Shown here: piece after piece, positions 9,757 through 20,700 of the stretch
How positions within the stretch are numbered: the first letter of the stretch is position 1
Layout: each line of letters opens with the position of its first letter
Origin: Bacteroidales bacterium
Lineage (GTDB): Bacteria > Bacteroidota > Bacteroidia > Bacteroidales > ML635J-15
Length of the DNA: 64,000 nt
Direction: 5' to 3'
NCBI GenBank assembly: GCA_017551515.1
Contig: JAFZLK010000101.1
Coordinates: 4,335-68,334 of the forward strand
Translations under genes and position numbers: made by a program
The notes under the pieces: generated by a model
Seen by the model: the letters and a program-made list of their open reading frames with translations, nothing else
What the model was told of the DNA's origin: nothing
Databases searched by the model: none

Positions 9757-9795
9757 CAAATCCCAACCGAATGATTGGGATTTGTTATTTTTTTG
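9757..9795 (+). terminator. Rho-independent terminator after plsX
   Basis: caaatcccaa (9757-9766) pairs with ttgggatttg (9775-9784) and is followed by a T-run. Confidence 0.7.
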
Positions 9796-9933
9796 TATTC
9801 GGCGTTACTAAGTTTTTGTGAGCAAACCGGCTTGCATGCTAACAACCAAAACAGTCTTGCTGTTTTACTATCTCTCTATTTGCAGCTCACTGTCATGCAG
9901 TTCCGCTTTTAGTCCATTATTCATTTCTAAAAT

Positions 9934-9974
9934 CGTAAATCCAGATCCAAAATCGTAAATCGTAAATCGTAAAT
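9934..9974. repeat. Heptamer repeat CGTAAAT (one copy, then three tandem copies) in the ftcD promoter region
   Basis: Copies lie at 9934-9940 and at 9954-9974 (3 contiguous). They sit immediately upstream of the -7 box at 9981-9988. Confidence 0.85.
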
Positions 9975-9980
9975 AATACT

Positions 9981-9988
9981 TATCTTTG
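9981..9988 (+). promoter_or_regulatory. -7 promoter box TATCTTTG for ftcD
   Basis: It matches TAnnTTTG. The ORF-track TTG start (9986) lies inside this box. Confidence 0.6.
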
Positions 9989-10012
9989 CGCAAATTTAAA
10001 AACTTATTGCAA

Positions 10013-11707
10013 ATGAAACAGATAATTGAATGCGTTCCTAATTTCAGCGAAGGACGCAATATGGCTGTCATCAAACAGATTACCGATGTAATCGAATCGG
10101 TTGAAGGAATAAAACTCCTCGACGTTGACCCAGGTGCAGCCACCAACCGTACAGTTGTAACCTTTGTAGGTGAACCCGAAAATGTATGCACAGCAGCATT
10201 CCTTGCCGTAAAGAAGGCTTCGGAACTCATCGACATGAGCAAACACCACGGCGCACATCCGCGTTTCGGTGCCACCGACGTTTGCCCGCTTATCCCAGTA
10301 TCGAACATCACTATGGAACAAACCGTAGAATATGCTCGCAAACTTGCAAAGCGCATCGGTGAAGAACTTTCGATTCCAGTTTACTGCTACGAAAGTGCTG
10401 CTTTCGAACCTAAGCGACGTAACCTTGCAAACTGCCGCTCGGGCGAATACGAAGCTCTTTCAAAACGCATCGGCAGCGAAGAATGGCATCCAGATTTTGG
10501 TCCGCGCGAATGGAACGACTGCGTAATGCACACTGGCGCAACAGCCGTTGGTGCTCGTAACTTCCTTGTTGCTTTCAATGTAAACCTTAATACCACTTCG
10601 GTAAATAAGGCAAACTCCATCGCATACGACGTTCGCGAACGCGGTCGTGTAAAACGCGAAGGACACCCTGTAACCGGCAAGCCAGTTCTCGATGAAAACG
10701 GCAACAAGGTATATGTTCCCGGTCTCTTGAAATCAGTAAAAGCAATTGGCTGGTACATTGAGGAATACGGAATAGCACAGATTTCAATGAACCTTACTGA
10801 CATTGATGTTACTCCGTTGCATGTTGCTTTCGACACAGTTTGCGAACGCGCAGCAGCTCACGGAATCCGCGTTACAGGTTCGGAACTTGTTGGTGTAACA
10901 CCTCTCAAGACTTTGCTCGATGCAGGTCGCTACTTCCTACAAAAACAAGGTCGCTCGCTCGGCGTTTCGGATGAAGAACTCATTAAGATAGCAGTTCGTT
11001 CACTCGGTTTGAACGACGTTAAACCATTTGACCCAAAGAAGAACGTAATTGAATACATGCTTGAGGACAACAAGCCGAAACTCATCGACATGGACCTTGT
11101 AAAATTCTGCCATACAACCGCATCGGAAGCAGCAGCTCCTGGCGGAGGTTCAATTTCGGCATATATGGGTTCACTCGGTGCAGCATTGGGAACCATGGTA
11201 GCAAACCTTACCGCCCTCAAGCACCGCAACGACGATACTTGGAAAACCTACAGCGACTGGGCAGAAAAAGGTAAATACTACCACGACGAGCTTCTGAAGA
11301 TGGTTGACGAGGACACCAACGCATTCAACAAGATTATGGACGCTTTCGGTCTGCCAAAGTCGAACGACGAGGAAAAGGCACGTCGCAAACAGGCAATCCA
11401 AGATGCTACCAAGTTCGCTATTGAAATTCCTTTCAAGACCATGAGTTTGAGTTGCGACAGCATGCAGGTAATGCTCGAAATGGCGAAGAACGGTCTTGAG
11501 GCTTCGATAAGCGATGCAGGCGTTGGTGCATTGGCAGCAAGGTCGGCTGTTCAGGGAGCATTCCTAAATGTTAAGATAAACTGCAAGTCGTACAACGACA
11601 AGGGGTTTGTTGCCGACATCCTGAAAAAGGGCGAGGAAATTGAAAAACGCGCCATAGCAATCGAAAAAGAAGTAATGGAGATTGCAAACCAGAAGATTAA
11701 CGGTTAG
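10013..11707 (+). CDS. ftcD: Bifunctional glutamate formimidoyltransferase / formimidoyltetrahydrofolate cyclodeaminase
   Basis: The N-terminal IECVPNFSEGRN motif marks the formiminotransferase domain. The C-terminal roughly 200 aa has the cyclodeaminase pattern (SEAAAPGGGSISAYMGSLGAAL). The start is set at ATG 10013, downstream of the promoter box. Confidence 0.9.
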   Translation: MKQIIECVPNFSEGRNMAVIKQITDVIESVEGIKLLDVDPGAATNRTVVTFVGEPENVCTAAFLAVKKASELIDMSKHHGAHPRFGATDVCPLIPVSNITMEQTVEYARKLAKRIGEELSIPVYCYESAAFEPKRRNLANCRSGEYEALSKRIGSEEWHPDFGPREWNDCVMHTGATAVGARNFLVAFNVNLNTTSVNKANSIAYDVRERGRVKREGHPVTGKPVLDENGNKVYVPGLLKSVKAIGWYIEEYGIAQISMNLTDIDVTPLHVAFDTVCERAAAHGIRVTGSELVGVTPLKTLLDAGRYFLQKQGRSLGVSDEELIKIAVRSLGLNDVKPFDPKKNVIEYMLEDNKPKLIDMDLVKFCHTTASEAAAPGGGSISAYMGSLGAALGTMVANLTALKHRNDDTWKTYSDWAEKGKYYHDELLKMVDEDTNAFNKIMDAFGLPKSNDEEKARRKQAIQDATKFAIEIPFKTMSLSCDSMQVMLEMAKNGLEASISDAGVGALAARSAVQGAFLNVKINCKSYNDKGFVADILKKGEEIEKRAIAIEKEVMEIANQKING

Positions 11708-11729
11708 TATATATCTTCATAAAATAGAC

Positions 11730-11768
11730 ATCCGCTTTGGCAATTGCTAAAGCGGATTTTTATTTTTG
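11730..11768. terminator. Bidirectional terminator between ftcD (+) and the giant adhesin gene (-)
   Basis: tccgcttt (11731-11738) pairs with aaagcgga (11749-11756) and is followed by ttttatttttggg. Confidence 0.7.
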
Positions 11769-11799
11769 GGCAAAAGGCTCTTAGACTGAGTGTTTGACT

Positions 11800-14700
11800 T
11801 TATTGCTTTACAATTCGCTTGTTAATTACAAATTCAGCCGTACTTACTCGTATAGTGTATGTCGCTGCCGAAAGATTGTCAAGATTAAGAACTGTAGCAT
11901 AGTCGTTGCCAGTCGCATCAATATCCATAGTCATCACAAGTGTTCCCATAATGTCGAATACCTCAACTGTTGCCGGCATATTGGCAAAGTTGGCAAGCGA
12001 AAGCATAATCTCACTTCTGAAAGGATTCGGGAATACAGATACAGTCGGTTCAAGTTCGTAGTCTGAACATCTTACTACTATCAATTCCGATGTACTGCGC
12101 TTGCCATCATAGTCAACCTGCTGCAAACGATAGTACATGGCACCACCATAGTATTCGTAATCGGTGAAAGCATAATCGTGTTCTTCGATTGATGTTCCTG
12201 CACCTGTAATACGAACAGCCTCACTGAAATGAACAGCATCATACGACCTTTCAAGAATGAAATAGTCATTATTCCTTTCCGAAGCTGTTGTCCATTTTAC
12301 ATCAACTGAATTTCCATTGCACGATGCAGTAAAGCCTGTGAGTTCGATTGGAAGAACAAGTTTTCCTTCTCCATCAATAGAGCCAAGAGTAATATCATAC
12401 TCCTGTTCGCTGGAACGAGAGCTGCCACCAAATGAAGGTATCTCTATATAGCCTTCCATACATGATCCTGATGTTTCTCCTTCCACCTCATTCCATCTTG
12501 AACCGCCAGCCGTTACATACGCAATCCTCATAAGGGACAGTTCGCAATCATCATTATTTTCTGCCATCAAATTTATGACAGGGGTTTCCCTATCTCTCCA
12601 GTACAATCTCACATTTGACATAGCCTTATTTGTTTTTATGTGCCAGAAATCGCGGTCTGAAACATGGTCAAGCTCACCGCCCATATTTCCACCATGCGAG
12701 TAACTATCAGGCATTGAATATGTATCATGATTGGTCGTATAGTGAACAGAAACCTCTGCATCATCATCTTCAACACTAAACTCAAATGCTGATTTCAATA
12801 ATATGCTACGATCAGAATCATAGTGTCCTGTTACAAATTTAAAAAGACCTGCACCGCTCTTTTTTATTATACCATCAATATAACCATCCCCAGTGCATGA
12901 AGCCCCGTCTTCAAACGATACATTACCAATTATTGCACCATTAACAATCGCTTCTCCTGCTAATGCAAGCGAATATCCGCCCAAATTAAAATCGAATTCA
13001 TCTTCAACAAGTACATTATTCAATGTTTTATCTGCTACAATTACTGGCGAAACAAAATCGCAAACACTTTCATCTTCATGAATAAGCACTACATTTGAAT
13101 TATCAGCTGGAGATACATTTATATAATTGTATTTTGTACCATCATACTGAAGCCAATTGTCGGGTGTTCCCCAATCGTAACTCGATTCAACGCCAGTCCA
13201 TACATAATATGGTGTATGCAACGACATCTCTGCCACAGGGAGAATCTTAACTTTTGCCAATTTTAGCGTTACAATCTTATTAAGCGTTAAGTCTTCATCT
13301 GCAAGCGATGCTGTAAGGTCAATATTGGCAGGTTCACTACACTTAAGAGTAACAGCACCACTTGTTGATACATGATCTTCATCGCCACTTGCCCAAGATA
13401 CAGAATTCTCTGTGTATAGTGTAATATTGTTAAGAACCGAGTCATAAACTTCAGTATCGGTGAACATTACTGGTGTAGCTGCTAATTTTGCTTCATTGTA
13501 GTTCTGGGTACCATTCGGCATTGGATACATATTTTCATTGAAAATAAAGTTTTCTGCCCATCCCTCTGCTGTCAACGCACTAGGAGCAGTACCTATAAGA
13601 TCCGAAGTATTTTGTCCGTTAGCCGAAATAGGTTTAGTTCTCTGATTATCGTAATAGTTTTCGCTTGCAGTGCCTGTACTGCTGTTACCATACAACACAT
13701 TTTCGGTAACAGCTTTTGATTCAACAGTACCAGTACTAATATTATACAACATAGTCGAATGTTCTGTATTCTGACCAGTAATTCCACCTATTGAAGTGCT
13801 TGTCGTGCTTGTCGTTTTTACATTACCGCCATTGTTATTATATATAACATCGGTATAAGTGCTATAGCCACAAATTCCACCAACATATGTTGATGTTCCC
13901 ACAACGGTAGCACTGTTTGTACAATATGTTATCGTATTACGCTTAGTAGCATGCGAAGTCATTGGCGAAGAAGCCACAATTCCTCCAACATACTTCTTGG
14001 CTGTTACAGCACCGCTGTTAGCTGATTTCTTCAATTTACTATAGGTGTACATATAGCCGACAATTCCGCCCGCATACGAAGTAGATGACGTTGCATTAAC
14101 TGTATTGTCGTTTCTACAAGAATCAACTACACAGAATAGATTTCCAGAATCTGCACCATCCATACGACCGACAATACCGCCAGCGTATGCCAAAGCCTTA
14201 ACTGCACCTCTATTTACACAACCATATATTATACCGTCGTTCTTGAAGTATCCAACAATACCTCCAGCATAATTGTTTGAAGCAGTAACAGCACCCCTAT
14301 TAACACAGTTTTCGATTATATTCTTACTTGAATTAGATGCACTAACATAACCGGCAATACCGCCAGCATTGCTATAAGCATTTACAACAACATTAGCAGT
14401 ACAATTAGCCACATTTGCATAAGAAGCAACAACGCCGACAATACCACCAACATAGTTTGTTTCTCCAGTACTTGATACTTCACCAGATACATCGCAATTG
14501 CTAATAGGCGAGTAATTTGCAGCTGCCGTTCCTGCAATTCGTCCACACAATGCTCCAACATAGCTACCTGTTGTAGCAATGTTAACATTTGTAAGTTTTA
14601 AATCGTTTATTTCTCCGCCATGAACATAACCGAACAAACCAGCATAGTCGCTTGCATAATCTTCTATTGTAAGGTTTTGTATCTCATTGCTGTTTCCATT

Positions 14701-17700
14701 GAAGATTCCAGAGAAGCCCTTATCAGAGGTATTTCCAATCGGCTCCCAGTTTTCTCCTGTCAAATCAATAGTCGCTGTCAAAATAAATGTAACGCCCTTA
14801 TAACCATCATTGTTAAGAACTCCCTTGTATGTTCCTGTTCCTCTATTGTTTACAGCATCACGGAAATTCATCAAATCGGTAATATTATCAATATTCAAAT
14901 CTGGAATGGTCGAATAATCGCACAGGAAAATCATTTTAGATACACCATTCAGGCTCGGGGTAAGTATTACTGAATTCAATTCCTGCGGATGAGAAACAGT
15001 TGCTGTAGTACCAGAAATACTTATATAATCTTCGTTATTATTACCCCATGTTGATGTTTGGTCTCCTATGGTAAATGGAGAATTAGTAGTATTAACCGTA
15101 TTCCAATTATCTATGAGGAATACAGGAATAGAAGTTACTACTGCGAAATCATCATCCGATGCAATAACAGCAGGAATAGGATACGAACCATCGACAAATG
15201 TCCAACGCAATGGAATCCAGCCGTCACCAGTAAGCCCACTTGGAGAAGTTCCTGTCATCGCTTCTGTTAGAAGACCTACAGCCTTGCCACTCTGGTCGGA
15301 ACTTGTACCGTCCGTTGTCGAAATACCTTTCACAGAAGTTCTCTGCTTGTCGTAGAAGTTGCCAGTTGCCGTACCTTGGTTGTATCCAACAATTGCACCG
15401 CCTTCATTAACAAGTGAAGTTGATATACAGAAGAAAACACCACCACCTGAAGTACTATTATTTGCAGTAATACCGCCAGTCAGATAACGACTACCAGTAA
15501 CATTACCACCGTTGTTGCAATATTCGATACGCGAGTTAGTATTTTTACCAACAATACCACCTACATAATCACCGTCACAGCCAACTGTTGCCGCATTGGT
15601 ACAACTCGACACCCTGTTGATGTTAGAAGTGCTGTTTCCGTACGAATAACCAGTTATACCTCCGGCATACGATGTTGCTGCCGAAATTGCTCCAGCAACC
15701 CTACATGTATCAATGTTTGAATAATAGTAATTATAACCAGCGATACCACCAGCATACGAAACAGCAGCTGTGACATTTCCATTGAAAGTACAATTGTTTA
15801 TCGCTGCATAGTTATCGCTGTTGGCTCCCTTAATGTAACCGCAGATACCACCGACATTGCTCTTACCCGAAACATTACCCGAAACATTAAGGTCGCTGAT
15901 GCTTCCGCCGATAATATATCCGAACAGACCTTTATTGTCAGCTTCCGGAGCATCTACATTCAAACCTATTACGTTCTTTCCTGCTCCATAAAAATTACCA
16001 TTGAACGGATAACTCGACGACTTTCCTATTGGCACCCAGTTTGCTTCGCCACTCAAGTCATAGTTTGCACTAGCTGATGTCAGCATAAAATTCTTGCCTG
16101 TAAATCCACCGACATTTGGAACGCCCATATATGAACCTGCAGGACCAGCGTTTACTGCATCTCGGAAATCCTTCAATGATGCTACATCTGGAATAGGCAA
16201 TGGATTATCTGTACACGGTTTTAGTATCTTGGCAGTTTTCTTCCAACCATTGTATATGGCAGTAAGTGTTGTCATGTTATATGTACTAGTAGTAACAGTA
16301 GCTAAGCCTGTACTTTGATTTATTGACACATAAACATCGTCGCTACTTTCCCATATCAAATCAGCCATAACACCAACATTAAAGTTCTCTGTTACCAAAT
16401 TATATTTTTGAGTACCAAGTTTTACAGGAACAGCAGCCAGCTTGGTAGCATCAAGCGTCCTTATTGCCGAAGGAACAGGATACATATCAGTTGTCTCTGT
16501 CCAACCCGAAGCAAATAGGCTTTGTGTTCCTATTAAATTAACTGTTTGCTTGCCAGTAGCATCGGTATCAGATGGTTCGCCATCCTCACCAACTTCGGCA
16601 ATACCGTGAAGGTCGCTACGCTGATTGTCGAAATAGTTGTTGGTTACAGTTGCATCCGGATGCTTGAAACCGACGACACCACCACCTGCATATACCGTAC
16701 CAGCATTGAGGTTATTCAATACCTGAGCCATATCGTCGGTTTCATATCCAACTATACCACCTACATTATTGGTTGCACCAGAAACATTACCAGCATTGAT
16801 ACAACGCTGTACTTTCGAGTTTGAAATATAGCCTGCAATACCACCTATCGACGATACACCAGAAATATCCATGTTGCTTGCACAATCTTCAATTAGAGAT
16901 TCCGCATCACCGAATGAAGCATGTCCACAGATACCGCCAACATAGTTCGATGTTGATGACTTTATTGTTCCTGCAGTTACACAACGCCTTACTGTAGAGG
17001 AAACCATCTTACCGACAATACCGCCAATCCAAGTAGAAGTAGCAGTTATATCTCCATTAAACGAGCAGTCCTGTATTGTTGACTTTGTTGCGCAGCTGAC
17101 TATACCACCGCAATAGGTTGTAGCCTTTAGAATTGTGCTACCTGTTCCTGTCTTTACATTCAGATTTTTAATTGTTGCATTTTCAACATAACCGAACAAA
17201 CCGCGTGGCGTACTGCTCGATGTATGACGCAAATTCGATATAGTGTAACCCTGACCATCGAATGTACCCTTGAAAGGATTTGCCGCTGTACCAATAGGAG
17301 TCCAGTTGGCTGTTATGGATAAATTTGCCGTCAGTTTTATTGTCTTTCCTGAGAACCCGTCGACATTAGCGACTCCCTGATATTCACCAGACGAACCGTT
17401 ATTTACTGCTGTACGGAAATCTCCCAATTCAGCGTATGAGGAAATCAAAAGTTCCGAACCAAAATCACTATTAGTCAAAGTAACCTGCTTTTCCCATCCG
17501 TTAAGAGAAGCAATCATTACAATCTTACTAAAAGCATCAGTACCAACTGTAACATCGCTACCAGAAATAGTAATGGATTCAGCGGCAGATGCAGGTGTTG
17601 TAGTAAGATTCCATGCTATGTCACCAATAATACATATACTATAATTACTTCGTACATGCTGGTTGTCATCTGTTCCACCCAATGTTACAGGAGCACATGC

Positions 17701-20700
17701 CACTTTCGCTGATGAATGAGATGCTATATTAATAGGTATAGGATATGAGCCTGAAACAAAACTCCATTCACTGCCATTCAATGTAGATGATGTAAGAGCC
17801 TTCATTTCGGCAGTTGTCTTTGCTACACCATTGTTGGTTCCGAGTACACAGTGCTTTGAATCGTAGAAGCAGTTGGTTACGGTACCAGCATTAGTTCCAT
17901 ATATTTTACCAATATCAAATACTGTGATAAAGTTGAGGCATTCGTTCAAACTAGCACCATCGAGCACATTACCAGCAATACCTCCGACTACACTATTGTT
18001 TGCTGTTACTATTGCAGCATTTACATTATAATTTACATCTGTATTTTGTGCGTAACCGACTATACCACCGACAGTTCCTGTACCACGCAAATTCTTCGAC
18101 ATGCTTGCACAACCGGAAATTACATTTTTCGTTGTTGCATTACCAGTAGAATATCCACATATACCGCCCACATTTGTCGAAGAACCAGTAATCTTTGTCC
18201 CCGCAGAAGTACAATTGCTTATAGTAGTATATACACCTGCGTATCCGCAAATACCTCCTACATATTGAGCAGCCGCCAAAGTTCCATTGAAGTGGCAGTT
18301 GTTAATTACAACATTTCGTGTACTATTCGTTCCCTTTGCATAACCGACTATAGCACCAGAATACGATTTTGCACTTATTGTACCGCTCAATTCAATGTTT
18401 TGTATTGTCGAACATGTTGTTGTTGGATACACATATCCGAACAATCCCGTATAACTGCCAGATGCAGAAATTGTCATGTTGGAAATTGTATGTCCTTCTG
18501 CACTACCGCCATCGAAGTTACCACGGAATGGATTTGTAGAAGTACCTATTGCGACCCAAGAGTTTTCCGCATCGGTCATATCTATATTGTCTGTCACCTT
18601 GAAGTTTACGCCAGCAAAACCATTTTCGTTGGCATGTCCTTTATAGCTTCCTTCGAGACCAGCATTTACAGCATTGCGGAACATGACAAGTTCAGCATAA
18701 TTTGCAATCTCCAACGGATTCTGATTTATAGCAACATTTACAAGCACCTTCTTACTATAACCTGCCTTTGAAATAGTGAATGCAGCATTACCATATCCAC
18801 CCTCGCCCAATTCGCCATTATCCAGTATGATGTCTCTATTATCAGATTCCCAAGAAACCCCATCAGTTGTAAGTTGACTAATATTATGTCCTACGATTTT
18901 GTATGTTTCATCTCCATAAAATTTAGCAGTTGACTTTGCAATAACCTTTACTTGCTCGTTTGAAAAATCAGCAGGTATAGGATAACCATCGGTTATCGTC
19001 CAATCTCCCAAATGCAATGCATCTAGGTCCAAAGATGTTCCACTGATTTCCGCAGTTGTCAATCCCTCTGCCCTACCGCTAACATCTGCAGCATTCATAC
19101 CACCGAGAACAGAACGCTGCTTATCGTAGTAATTATATTCAGGAGGATTATTATCATCAATAGTACCATTATCTGTAAATACACCTATTACACTCGAACC
19201 AGAATTTACCGTTGCTGCATTTATGTTGTAACTTATCACTGATGCTTGGTTATTAGCACAATTTCCGATAAGACCACCGACCGTAGAAGTTTTACCATAA
19301 ATGTTTCCTGCGTTAAGGTTGTTTTCAAAATCTGTATATCTATACACATAGCCGGCAATACCGCCAACATAACCATTTCCATAGACATCTGCCAAATTGA
19401 CGCATTTAATTATCTGAGACATTGAAGAGGAACCTCCACCATATACATATCCAGCTATACCGCCCAAATAGCTTGCTTTCTGATTGGGAGACTCAACGGC
19501 ACCTGTTGCCGAGCTATTTTTTATATCCGAATATGATGCGGCATATCCACATACACCACCGACATAAGCGGAACCCGTGGACGTTGTTCTGACATTACCA
19601 AGGAAATGGCAATTTTGAATTGTCGCTACCAGATCCCCATTGCTACCTTTCAAATAACCGCAAATTCCTCCTACATAAGATAAACCTTGCACATTTCCTT
19701 CCACTGTAAGATTCCTTATTGTTCCAGACAAAATGTATCCAAATAAACCACGATACGACTCACTTGACGATATATTAAGTCCTGATATTTTATTGTCTTG
19801 TCCATCAACAAACCCGCTGAAAGGATGCAAAGATGTTCCAATTGGCGTCCAGTCAGCATCATCCATAACAATATCTGCAGTGATTTTAAATCTATATTCG
19901 GCAAATCCATTACTTGAAACAGCGCCCTTATAATCAGGTACTACACCATTTATTGCATCGCGGAAAGCCTGTAGTTCAGCAAAATCGTTAATTGTCAACG
20001 GATATTCCACAATACGAGTATTTACAACGACAATTTTTGTCAAGGATCCTATCGTAGCTGTAAGTTCTGTATAACCATTAGGTGTTACAAGAGTGGCAAC
20101 ACTTCCTGATATTGTTATGAAACTTGGATCCCCACTTGTCCAAGAAACTCCTCCGCATAAATTAAATTCATCGACTATATTATAGTAATAATAATCACTA
20201 CTTGTATTTGAGAATGTCACAGATGCCGAAGCCAATTTTGCAAAATTAGAAATTTCAAGTGCCTTCGGTACAGGATAATATCCGTCTGCAAACGACCAAT
20301 AGTCAGCATTCCAGTTCGTTCCTGAAATTCCACTCGGAGATATGCCAGTAAGCTCTCTTGTCAACTTGCCTTCATAATCACCGACGACATCATCATCACT
20401 ACCAAACAACCCAGGAAAGTCTTCATATTGCCTTTGTTTGTCGTAATAGCAGTTCTTCAATGTTCCGCCTCCGCCAGAAATCGCTCCACCTTGATTTACC
20501 GTACCGCTGTTAAGGCAATATCTGACACTGCATGTAGAAGTACAATGGCCGACTATACCTCCTGTATACTGGCTTGTTCCAGAAACATTACCTCCGTTGA
20601 CATTATATTGCAAAGTAGAATACTTTATATTGCCAGCGATACCGCCCACATATAAGTTTCGTCCTACAACCTTCGCAGAGTTTACACAATTTTGCAAAAT

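Noticed and set aside
9868-10356. 162-aa minus-strand ORF spanning the ftcD promoter and 5' end.
   Set aside because: It overlaps the well-supported ftcD start, the heptamer repeat and the promoter box, and it has no recognisable motifs.
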